This document shows positions 48,583-56,770 of a stretch of 64,000 nucleotides of DNA, piece after piece. The notes under the pieces were generated by a model. The model made no database searches. It saw nothing but the letters and a program-made list of their open reading frames with translations, and was not told the origin of the DNA. Both the position numbers and the translations under genes were made by a program. This stretch comes from Gemmatimonadota bacterium (GTDB lineage Bacteria > Gemmatimonadota > Gemmatimonadetes > Palauibacterales > Palauibacteraceae): assembly GCA_046757845.1 (NCBI GenBank), contig JBHHYZ010000007.1:7896-71895 (forward strand). The letters run 5' to 3'. How positions within the stretch are numbered: the stretch's first letter is position 1; every line of letters starts with the position of its first letter.

Positions 48583-50715
48583 TCAGTCCGCGGTCCGGGG
48601 AGCCACCGTGATCGTCTTCTCGTCCTCGGAGAGGACCGTCACCGGAGCCGTCATCCCCGCGTCCTCCCCGAACAGGAAGTTGAGCAGGAACTGGTCGAAC
48701 TTGCGGTACAACAGCTTCACCGAGACGTGGAGCGCGGTGACTCTGTGCGGCGCCCGGAAGGCGAACTCACCGTCCAGCGGGACCGTGTCGCCCGGGTCCG
48801 AATCCGAGCGGGCCACCGTCAGGGTGGAATCCGAGAACAGCAGCGCCGGACACTGGAAGGTGAACTCCGCCCGATCGGAGAAGCCCGGGAACACGGCGCG
48901 CTTGTAGCGGACCCCGACCATCTCCCACAGGTTGTGGCGATCGATCAGGTTTCCGTACTGATCCACGGGCTCGGCCTTGAAGATGAACGAGCCCTTGTGG
49001 ATGAAGTGCCGCTCGTCCCGCCCGCCGGATTCGAACACCAGCTGGCCGTCCTGGTCGGTGACCTTCACCTCCAGCCACGCCTGGATGATGTCCAGCGGTC
49101 CGGTCGGAAACTCGTGGCCCACCTTGTTGTTGGTGATCACCGCCTGGATCTTCACCTTCTGGCCCGGGGCCACCCGCTGGGGCACGACCAGCTCCACGGG
49201 GAGCGCCGGCCCGCTCTTCCACTTGTCCGCGATCTCGGGAACCTCGATCTCGCCGCGCAGCCATTTGCGGATCAGCTCCACGTGCTCCTCGGCGCCCGGC
49301 AGCTTGAGGGCCACGGGCACGAACTGGTTGGCGGCCAGGAAACGGTGGCTTCGGTGCTTGCCATCGTCCGGCGTCCGGTTGTAATCCAGGTCGTCGCCGT
49401 TGCCGGGATCCGGCGTGTCCAGCAGGGGCATGTGGCACTCGCGGCATTCGATCGTCTTGCTCGGATCGCCGGGGTGGTTCCAGCGGCTCTTTCGCCAGTT
49501 GTCGTACTGGTTCTGGAGCTGCACCCAACCCACCTGGTTGACCTCCTGATCGATGAACTGCTTGTGGCAGGCCGCGCAGAACTCCGGACTCTTGAACAAC
49601 TTGTGCTGGAGCGTCTCGACGTGGTGCCGGGGGTAGGCGCGGATCAGGAAGTCGCTCACCCGCCTGGCCGCCGCGCCCTCCTTCAGTTCGAACATGTACC
49701 GGTCCGGCTCGGTCATCACGTAGTTCGCGTTGCCCTTGATGTCCGTCTTCTTGATCGCGTGACAGACGACGCAGGAAACCCCTTCCTGGTAGCCGGTCTG
49801 ATTGGTGAGATCCTCCGCGAACACGTTCTTGGTGCCCGAGAACAGGGAGATCGGATCGTGGCAACCCCCGCAATAGCGGGTGGACTCGGCGCCGTTCTGC
49901 TTGGCCATCACGGTCTGCACCGCCTGGAAGGCGGGGTCCATGGCGGAGTAGCGGTGGGCGCTCACCTCCCACTCGTGCTTCACCTGCTCGTGGCACCCGC
50001 CGCTCCCGCAGGTATCCGAGCCGCCCAGCGCGCGCGGGTCCAGCGCACCACCGGTAGCGGTGGTGGCCAGGCTGGGGGCGAAGGGCCGATCCGGACCGTA
50101 CAGGTAGCTGTAGTCGTCGGGGAACTCGTGGCGCAGCTCCACCGGCCGGTACGCGCGGGCCAGGAGCACGGCCACCCCGATCAGCAGGCCCGCCAGGGCC
50201 AACGCGCCGAGGCCGAACCGTCGCTGCGCGGCCAGCACGGGCCGCACCGCCGGGACCGCCCGGGCCCGCAGCGCCCGGACCATCAGGACCACCACGTGCG
50301 GCAGGACGGACCCGATCACCCCGAACGTGGCGATGATGTGGACCAGATCCCACGCGTACCCGATGCGGGTGCCCAGCAGGGCCTGGCCCGTGAGCACCAC
50401 ACCCGTCACCAGGGCCACCAGGGTGGCGGCCATGGCCACGTATCCGGTGAGAACCACGTGGGACAGGCGCATCCTCCGGTAATGGAGCCAGTGCTTGGCC
50501 TGATACCAGGCGAACGGTGTCAGGAAGGCGAGGCCGGCCCCGGTGTGCAGCAGGACCATCACCTGGTTGGGCAGGCTGAACGGAAGCAGCCACATGGACA
50601 GGCCGGTCAGCGTCTCGAACAGAAGGAGCCCTCCCACGCACAGGAGGAGCCGCGACCGCCAACTCTCGTCGAGGGAACGGCGGTTGAGCCCTCCGTTCCC
50701 GGATCTGCTGCTCAT
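48583..50715 (-). CDS. membrane-anchored multihaem cytochrome c (five-helix His-bearing N-terminal domain + five haem-c motifs + beta-rich C-terminal domain)
   Basis: ATG 50715 is preceded by GGAGG. Predicted TM helices carry conserved His (LLHTGAGLAF, VHIIATFGVIGSVLPHV). Haem motifs are CGSGGCH, CGGCH, CVVCH, CAACH and CRECH (nt about 49432-50010). The C-terminal part contains GHEFPTGP. Confidence 0.85.
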   Translation of the reverse strand: MSSRSGNGGLNRRSLDESWRSRLLLCVGGLLLFETLTGLSMWLLPFSLPNQVMVLLHTGAGLAFLTPFAWYQAKHWLHYRRMRLSHVVLTGYVAMAATLVALVTGVVLTGQALLGTRIGYAWDLVHIIATFGVIGSVLPHVVVLMVRALRARAVPAVRPVLAAQRRFGLGALALAGLLIGVAVLLARAYRPVELRHEFPDDYSYLYGPDRPFAPSLATTATGGALDPRALGGSDTCGSGGCHEQVKHEWEVSAHRYSAMDPAFQAVQTVMAKQNGAESTRYCGGCHDPISLFSGTKNVFAEDLTNQTGYQEGVSCVVCHAIKKTDIKGNANYVMTEPDRYMFELKEGAAARRVSDFLIRAYPRHHVETLQHKLFKSPEFCAACHKQFIDQEVNQVGWVQLQNQYDNWRKSRWNHPGDPSKTIECRECHMPLLDTPDPGNGDDLDYNRTPDDGKHRSHRFLAANQFVPVALKLPGAEEHVELIRKWLRGEIEVPEIADKWKSGPALPVELVVPQRVAPGQKVKIQAVITNNKVGHEFPTGPLDIIQAWLEVKVTDQDGQLVFESGGRDERHFIHKGSFIFKAEPVDQYGNLIDRHNLWEMVGVRYKRAVFPGFSDRAEFTFQCPALLFSDSTLTVARSDSDPGDTVPLDGEFAFRAPHRVTALHVSVKLLYRKFDQFLLNFLFGEDAGMTAPVTVLSEDEKTITVAPRTAD

Positions 50716-50786
50716 GATTCCCCGACCTCCGAGCTCATCCATTTGCCGGAACGCCGCCCGCCGGATCGCGGTCCGCGTCCCGCATC

Positions 50787-50804
50787 GCCGCGCCAGGGCG
50801 CGGC
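50787..50804 (-). terminator. GC hairpin just downstream of the ADH stop (possible weak terminator/processing site, no U-tract)
   Basis: gccgcgcc-ag-ggcgcggc is perfectly self-complementary, 6-23 nt after the stop at 50810. Confidence 0.2.
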
Positions 50805-50809
50805 CGCTT

Positions 50810-51832
50810 TCAGGGTGTCACCACCCATCGAATTCCGTCTCCCCGGCGGAGTCGATCGAGACCCTCGTTGACCTCCTCCAGCGGCACCGAGCCGCTCACG
50901 ATCGGATCCAGCTGAATGCGACCCGTGCGAACCAGCTCCATGATCTCCGGATACTCCCCGGCACCGCAGCCCAGGCTCCCGACGATCTCCAGCTCGTAGT
51001 ACATGAGCCGCGCCGCCGAGAGCGTCACAGGCTGCCGCGAGTAGCCGATCACGCACAGCCGGCCACCCTTGCGCAGGAAGGAAAAGGCCAGCTGAATCGT
51101 ATCCGGCGATCCGATCGCTTCGAACGCCACATCGACGCCGCCGTCGGTGAGGCTGCGAATCCGGCGATCCGGCCGGTCCACGTCCTGCGGGTTCAGGGTC
51201 TCCCGGGCGCCCAGCTCGCGCGCCAGGGCGAGCCGCTCCTCGTTGAGATCCACGGCGATCACCGAACCCCCCGCCAGGGTCGCGCACTGCACGGCGTTCA
51301 GCCCCACGCCCCCACAGCCGACCACGGCGACCCGGTCGCCGGGCCGCACGCGGCCCCGGTGCTTGACCGCGTGATACGGGGTGGACACGGCATCCGCGAT
51401 CACCGCCGCCTGCTGGAGCGAGATCTCTTCGGGCACCCTCACCAGTTCGACCGCCGGGACCGCCACGTACTCCGCGTACGCCCCGTCCACGTTGTTTCCC
51501 AACATGACGAGATTCTCGCACAGGTTCTCCCGCCCCTGGCGGCAGTAACAGCAGCGGCCGCAGGAGAGCACCGAGGGGACGAGGACCCGATCTCCCTCCT
51601 GCCAGCCGCTCACCTCGGCCCCGATCTCCGCGATCTTACCCGCCGCCTCGTGGCCCAGGATGAGCGGCGGATCCTTGAACGTGGGCACGCCATGGTCCAG
51701 GTAGTGCAGATCCGTGTGGCAGAGTCCGCACGCCGCCACCTCCACCACCACCTCCCCCAGCCCCGGCAGGGGAAGGTCCACTTCCGTCACCTCGAGCGGT
51801 CGCCCGCTTCCGTGAAAGATCGCGGCTCGCAT
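50810..51832 (-). CDS. zinc-dependent MDR alcohol dehydrogenase; candidate 6-hydroxycyclohex-1-ene-1-carbonyl-CoA dehydrogenase (Had-like)
   Basis: 340 aa. Catalytic Zn context CGLCHTDLHYL...GHEAAG, structural Zn CGRCCYCRQGRENLC, and Rossmann VVGCGGVGL. The Had assignment rests on operon context only. Confidence 0.8.
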   Translation of the reverse strand: MRAAIFHGSGRPLEVTEVDLPLPGLGEVVVEVAACGLCHTDLHYLDHGVPTFKDPPLILGHEAAGKIAEIGAEVSGWQEGDRVLVPSVLSCGRCCYCRQGRENLCENLVMLGNNVDGAYAEYVAVPAVELVRVPEEISLQQAAVIADAVSTPYHAVKHRGRVRPGDRVAVVGCGGVGLNAVQCATLAGGSVIAVDLNEERLALARELGARETLNPQDVDRPDRRIRSLTDGGVDVAFEAIGSPDTIQLAFSFLRKGGRLCVIGYSRQPVTLSAARLMYYELEIVGSLGCGAGEYPEIMELVRTGRIQLDPIVSGSVPLEEVNEGLDRLRRGDGIRWVVTP

Positions 51833-51847
51833 GTCGTTCTCTCGCCC

Positions 51848-52639
51848 TCAGGCGGCCACGCGCTGCAGCCGGTAGCGACCCAGCAGGGCCGCCCCCAGCG
51901 CGCCCGCGTACTCGGCATCCGGCGATACGTTGATCGGACACCCCAGCGCGTCGCTCAGCCAGCGTACGAACGCCGGGTTGTGGACCACACCTCCCGTGAG
52001 CGTGACCTCGGGTTCCGGCTTCAGCGGCTTCACCAACGAGGCCACCCGGCCCGTGATGGCGCGATGCGCTCCCGCCAGGATGTCCTCGGTCGGCTTCTCC
52101 TGGCTCACCAGGTTGATCACCTCGGACTCGGCCAGAACCGCGCAGATCGAGGAGATCTCGCACGGAGCCTGGGCTTGCAGCGCGCGGGGTCCGACCTCCT
52201 CCAGCCTCAGCTCCAGCGCCTTGGCCACCCGCTCCAGGAAGCGGCCGGAGCCCGAGGCGCACTTGTCGTTCTGCCGAAACGCCCGGATTCGGCCTTCCGG
52301 GCCGACCCGCATGGCTCGAGTCGTCTGCGCCCCCCCGTCGATGACCGTGCGCGTGCCCGGAAACAGCGCCACGGCGCCGCGCGCGTGACACGTGATCTCG
52401 GTGATCTGGACCTGGCGGAACGGGATCCGGTAGCGCCCGTATCCCGTGGTGGCCACGTATCCGATCTCGTCCGGCTCGATGCCGGCCTGCTCGCAGCACG
52501 CCTGCCGAGCCTTCTCGGCCGCCTGGGCGAAGAACACCCCCGTGGTCGTGCCGGCCCGGGCGATCTCCTCACCGTCCAGGTCCAGGAGGACGGCCTTGGT
52601 GTAGCGCGCGCCCACGTCGATCCCCAGCACGTAGTTCAT
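51848..52639 (-). CDS. bcrD: BcrD/BadG-type ATPase subunit (BadF/BadG/BcrA/BcrD family) of a benzoyl-CoA-reductase-like enzyme
   Basis: Trimmed to [19 protein letters not shown]. Cluster Cys contexts [13 protein letters not shown] and [16 protein letters not shown] overlap with the preceding paralogue. The A/D assignment is by gene order only. Confidence 0.8.
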   Translation of the reverse strand: MNYVLGIDVGARYTKAVLLDLDGEEIARAGTTTGVFFAQAAEKARQACCEQAGIEPDEIGYVATTGYGRYRIPFRQVQITEITCHARGAVALFPGTRTVIDGGAQTTRAMRVGPEGRIRAFRQNDKCASGSGRFLERVAKALELRLEEVGPRALQAQAPCEISSICAVLAESEVINLVSQEKPTEDILAGAHRAITGRVASLVKPLKPEPEVTLTGGVVHNPAFVRWLSDALGCPINVSPDAEYAGALGAALLGRYRLQRVAA

Positions 52640-53439
52640 GCCGCCACCTCCGATCCCGCCCCTCGGTGGGCCCGCTCCCACGCGAACAGCGCCGCCCCGA
52701 TCGCCCCCATGTAATGCGAGTCTTCGGAGGCGTTGAGCGGACTGCCGAGCCGTTCTTCGAGCGCGGCCCGCATCCCCGGGTTCCGTGAGACGCCGCCGGT
52801 GAACGTGAACTGCGGCTCCAGCCCGATCCGCCGGATGAGGCCGACGGCCCGCCGCGCGATAGCCCGGTGCACGCCGGCCAGCACATCGCTGACCTTGCGG
52901 CCCCTGGCCAGATGGCTCAGGATCTCGGTCTCCACGAACACGGTGCAGACGTTGGTGATCTTGATCGGAACTCGCGCCTCCAGGGAGAGCGGCCCGATCT
53001 CGCTCAGCTCTAGCCCCATGACCTCGGCGGCCGCTTCCAGGAAGCGCCCCGTTCCGGCGGCGCACTTGTCGTTCATGCAGAAGTCGAGCACCTCGCCGCC
53101 CTCGTCCACCCGGATCGCCTTGGTGTCCTGCCCCCCGATGTCCAGAACCGTCGTGGTCCCGGGAAACACGAAGCTCGCGCCCTTCGCGTGGCAGCTGATC
53201 TCGGTCACCTGGTCGTCTCCGAACGTGACCTTGTAGCGCCCGTAGCCCGTGCCGATCACGTAGCCCACGTCGTGCGCCTCCAGCCCCGCGTCCTCGAGCG
53301 ACACGCCGAAGGAGCGCTCGGCCGCCCGCACCACGTGCGCCCCCGTCTGGGTGAGCGCCCGACCCACGATCCTGCGGTTCTCGTCCAGGAGCACGGCCTT
53401 CGTCTGGGTGGATCCCACATCGACACCGCCTACGACCAT
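52636..53439 (-). CDS. bcrA: BcrA/BadF-type ATPase subunit (BadF/BadG/BcrA/BcrD family)
   Basis: 267 aa. Contains [31 protein letters not shown], and [12 protein letters not shown]. Paralogue of the downstream gene. Confidence 0.8.
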   Translation of the reverse strand: MVVGGVDVGSTQTKAVLLDENRRIVGRALTQTGAHVVRAAERSFGVSLEDAGLEAHDVGYVIGTGYGRYKVTFGDDQVTEISCHAKGASFVFPGTTTVLDIGGQDTKAIRVDEGGEVLDFCMNDKCAAGTGRFLEAAAEVMGLELSEIGPLSLEARVPIKITNVCTVFVETEILSHLARGRKVSDVLAGVHRAIARRAVGLIRRIGLEPQFTFTGGVSRNPGMRAALEERLGSPLNASEDSHYMGAIGAALFAWERAHRGAGSEVAA

Positions 53440-53464
53440 CGTTCCCCCCCCTCTCCGTGCGGCC

Positions 53465-54751
53465 TCAGCACGGCGCCGGCTCGTTGAGCACCACGAGCCG
53501 CTGATGCTTGAGACCCTCGAAGAACGCGTCGATCCGGTTCTGAAGCTGCGCCGCCTGGAAGTACCGGGGATCCGCCAGGTCGCTCTCCACGAACAGCGTC
53601 GGCAGACCCATCCGCTCCCGGAGCGCTTCCCTCAGGTCGGCCTGGCCCACCGAGAAGGAGCGGCAGGACTTGACCGAGTGAATGACGATTCCGTCCGCCT
53701 CGTACTCCTCCGCGTAGGCCTGCAGGAGATCCGTTCGAAGACCCAGGTTCAGGTTCGTGTAGCAGTTCAGGCAGTACTCCGCCTGCGATTCGAGCGGCCG
53801 CTCGGGATCGTGGCGGAAGCCGCGGTCGAAGATCCCCCCCACCTTGGCGTAGCTCGATGCCACCGACACGGCGCCCCAGCGCTTGAACATCTCCCAGAAC
53901 GCCCGGAAGTGGGGCCACGGCGGCGGACCCTCCACCACCACCCGGAACCGTTCCTCCTCGATGGGCCCGATCCCGTGCTCGATCCGCTCCTGGATCTCGA
54001 GCCAGGTGGCCTCGTAGAACTCACGGCACTCCGGCAGCCCGCGGAGGATGTATAGGGGAGCCATGAAGAAGACCGCCTCGAAGTACGCGTCCAGCGGCGC
54101 CGGGCGATGCCTGGCGCTCTGGAGGATGCGGGACCACACGTCCTCCACCACCACGCTGTCAGCCAGCATACGGTGGTGAGCCTCGTCGTCGTACGAGCGA
54201 TCCGCGATCGCTTCCAGCCGCGGGATCAGCTCGCGCAACTGGTCGGTCACATAGGCGACATCGTCCGGCGCGAAGTCCTCGGCCTCCCGGCCCCAGTGGC
54301 GCTGGTACGGCACGTCCAGCATCACCAGCGGCGCGCCGTAGTGCTCCGCCAGCGCCTCGAACCATTTGATGTAGGTCCGGCAGCCCGCGTAGTTGCACAG
54401 GAGCACGTCGGGCGGCGGCAGCTTGCCCAGTGGCGAGGTTCCGTCGGTCTGGGCCAGCCCGATGTCGTTCTTCACGTAGCCGCACACATCGGGCGAGTAG
54501 CCCAGGTCCTCGGCGGCCCCGATGAACGTCCCCGCCATCCGCTTGATCCCACACTGCAGCGAGGTGACCTCCGGGTACACCAGGTGGAAGCCGAAGGAGC
54601 GCAGGTACTCGGCGATGTTTCCGGAGATGAACACGTAGGCGACCTTCTCGTCGCGCTCCCGGGCGGTGTTGACCCGGCCGAAATATTCCGCCAGCAGGCG
54701 CTTCTGGAGCTCGCGCCCGGTCCCCTGATGGACGTAGCCGTTCTCAGACAT
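53465..54751 (-). CDS. bcrB: benzoyl-CoA reductase subunit B-like (2-hydroxyacyl-CoA dehydratase/BcrB/BadE family)
   Basis: 428 aa. HgdB/BcrB-type fold blocks ([59 protein letters not shown]). Overlaps the upstream gene by 8 nt. Confidence 0.78.
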   Translation of the reverse strand: MSENGYVHQGTGRELQKRLLAEYFGRVNTARERDEKVAYVFISGNIAEYLRSFGFHLVYPEVTSLQCGIKRMAGTFIGAAEDLGYSPDVCGYVKNDIGLAQTDGTSPLGKLPPPDVLLCNYAGCRTYIKWFEALAEHYGAPLVMLDVPYQRHWGREAEDFAPDDVAYVTDQLRELIPRLEAIADRSYDDEAHHRMLADSVVVEDVWSRILQSARHRPAPLDAYFEAVFFMAPLYILRGLPECREFYEATWLEIQERIEHGIGPIEEERFRVVVEGPPPWPHFRAFWEMFKRWGAVSVASSYAKVGGIFDRGFRHDPERPLESQAEYCLNCYTNLNLGLRTDLLQAYAEEYEADGIVIHSVKSCRSFSVGQADLREALRERMGLPTLFVESDLADPRYFQAAQLQNRIDAFFEGLKHQRLVVLNEPAPC

Positions 54752-55988
54752 AGGCGCCTCTCAGCGGGCTCGGGCCGCGAGCCCCCTCCTCCTCGAAGAA
54801 CAGGATGGACTCGACGAACGTCTCGACCTGGGTCTGAATGGCGTCGAACAGGCCCGCCTTCTCCTCGAACTCGAACAGGACGTAGGGCAGGCCGTGGCGT
54901 TCTGCTTCGTCCCGCAGCAGCACCACGTCGTACAGCGCCGGCTCGCAGAACTTGGCCGAGGCGAAGATCACCCCCTCGGCCCCCGAGCGGGTCAGCTTCT
55001 CCCCGAACGCGGCCACGCGCGACTCGCGACCCACGTAGTGCACGGCGCAGTCCGGGGCGCCGGCCAGGAACGCGCCGGCCAGCGCGTCCAGCGGGTCCTC
55101 CGTGTCCGCGGGCACATCCTCGGAGTACCAGCGCAGGCCCAGCAGCAGGTCGTCGTCGACCACGTAGCACCCGGCCTCTTCGATCATCTCGATCATGGCC
55201 ACCGGCATCTGCTCGCAGAACGAGCCTTCCAGCACCACCCGGATCGCGTCGCGCGGCTTGCGCTCGCGCGCCTCCGCCTCCTCCAGCGCGCGCCGCAGCA
55301 GCTCGTTGTGCTCCTCCCGCGGCATGAACCCGCCGGCCCGGAACAGCCGATAGCTCTCGGCCAGCGCCAGCTTCTCCGGGTGCGCCCTCCGCAGCCCGCG
55401 CAGGGCCCGCATGAGTCGCCGGTTCTCGTTGTAGACGGCCAGCGACGCGTTGAGCTCGTCGACGCCGACCTCCCGGCCCCGCAACTCCTCCAGTCCGGAC
55501 AAGACCCGGGCGAGCTCGGAGCGCAGATAGACCCGGGCGCTCGGGGCATTCGCCTGCTCCGGCCAGTGGCAGTAGCCGATGAACTGGTTCGGGAAGTTGC
55601 GCTTCCAGATCCCGGAGAGATTGCGGGCCACGTCGCAGATGGACGGGAACAGGAACCCGTCCACCATCGGGATCCGCCCGGCCAGGCCCAGCTCCAGTGT
55701 GCTCTTGGCGATCGAGCACACGAAGCTCTGGATCCGGGCGTCCGCCCGCTCGATCTCGATGATCTGTCCGCCGCCGTACAGGTGGGCGGGCAAGAAGCCG
55801 GCGGCGTGCACCAGCTCCTCGGGCGTGTACACCGGGAAGCACCCGATCACCCGACAGTCGCGCCCCCTCTTGCGGTAATCGGCCAGCGCCTGGAGGTCCG
55901 GGTCCGCGAAGGTGCGCTCCGACAGGACGTCCAGCTGTTCGAGCACCGGTCGCGCCGGATCCACCCAACCTTGCGCGCGGTCCATCAT
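54744..55988 (-). CDS. bcrC: benzoyl-CoA reductase subunit C-like (BcrC/BadD family)
   Basis: Trimmed to MMDRAQGWVD (ATG 55988 overlaps the upstream TGA). Contains VIGCFPVYTPEELVHAAGFLP, SFVCSIAKSTLE, SICDVARN, and SAKFCEPALYD. The upstream 206 codons of ORF 54744..56606 are shadow. Confidence 0.78.
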   Translation of the reverse strand: MMDRAQGWVDPARPVLEQLDVLSERTFADPDLQALADYRKRGRDCRVIGCFPVYTPEELVHAAGFLPAHLYGGGQIIEIERADARIQSFVCSIAKSTLELGLAGRIPMVDGFLFPSICDVARNLSGIWKRNFPNQFIGYCHWPEQANAPSARVYLRSELARVLSGLEELRGREVGVDELNASLAVYNENRRLMRALRGLRRAHPEKLALAESYRLFRAGGFMPREEHNELLRRALEEAEARERKPRDAIRVVLEGSFCEQMPVAMIEMIEEAGCYVVDDDLLLGLRWYSEDVPADTEDPLDALAGAFLAGAPDCAVHYVGRESRVAAFGEKLTRSGAEGVIFASAKFCEPALYDVVLLRDEAERHGLPYVLFEFEEKAGLFDAIQTQVETFVESILFFEEEGARGPSPLRGAYV

Positions 55989-56770
55989 CGCCCGCTCCAG
56001 CGCGGGGTCCGCTTCTCGACGAACGCCCGCAGCCCCTCCACCGCGTCCGCGGTCGACATGAGCTCGTCCACGTAGAGGCGGCCCGCCTCGGCCATGGCGG
56101 CGGTCCACCCCTCCTCCGCCCGGCCCACCGCCCGCTTGGTCAGCCGCAGCGCCGCCGGGCTGTGCCGGGCGATCCGGCGCGCGAGCGCCTCGGCCGCCTC
56201 GTCCAACCGGCCGTCCTCGACCACGGAGCACACCAGCCCCAGGCGTCTGGCCTGACGGGCCGTGATCAGATCGCCCGTGAACAGGAGCTCGCGCGCCGCC
56301 GCGGCTCCCACCACCTGAGGGAGCCGCGCGCAGGCGGCGGGCGGGAACACGCCCAGCCCGATCTCCGGCTGGCCGAAGCGGGCGGTCCGGGCGGCCACGA
56401 TCAGATCGGCGGCCTGGGCCAGCTCGAACCCGCCGCCCACGCAACGCCCCCGCACGACGGCCACCGTGGGGGCCGGAAACTCCGCCAGGACGCGAACCGT
56501 GTCCAGGAACTCGGGGATCAGCGCTTCGTGCTCCGGCGGCAGGTGCTCGGCCACGTCCGCCCCCGCCGAGAAGTGCTCGCCGGCGGCGGAGAGCAACAGC
56601 ACGCACAGCTCGCGCTCCCGCGCCAGCCCCGCCATCGCCTCGCGCAGACGGGCCAGCACGTCCCGGGTCAGGATGTTGTAGGGCGGTCGATCGAGGATCA
56701 GCCGGGCGACCCGTTTCTGGCGCTCGACCCGGACCGATTTCGCGGACGTGGAGATGGCCATCTCACTCAT
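55985..56770 (-). CDS. enoyl-CoA hydratase/crotonase; candidate cyclohexa-1,5-diene-1-carbonyl-CoA hydratase (Dch-like)
   Basis: About 261 aa. Crotonase blocks FSAGADV and VRGRCVGGGFELAQAADLIVAA...FGQPEIGLGVFP. Start at ATG 56770 (8-nt overlap) or ATG 56761. Confidence 0.8.
   Translation of the reverse strand: MSEMAISTSAKSVRVERQKRVARLILDRPPYNILTRDVLARLREAMAGLARERELCVLLLSAAGEHFSAGADVAEHLPPEHEALIPEFLDTVRVLAEFPAPTVAVVRGRCVGGGFELAQAADLIVAARTARFGQPEIGLGVFPPAACARLPQVVGAAAARELLFTGDLITARQARRLGLVCSVVEDGRLDEAAEALARRIARHSPAALRLTKRAVGRAEEGWTAAMAEAGRLYVDELMSTADAVEGLRAFVEKRTPRWSGR

Noticed and set aside
53465-55988. Interpreting the two large subunits plus ATPases as a 2-hydroxyacyl-CoA dehydratase with its activator.
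   Set aside because: Two different ATPase paralogues in bcrC-B-A-D order favour a benzoyl-CoA-reductase-type enzyme. So does the Dch/Had/Oah-like accessory set (two crotonases plus a Zn-ADH). Phylogeny is still required, so this is listed as the refutation test.
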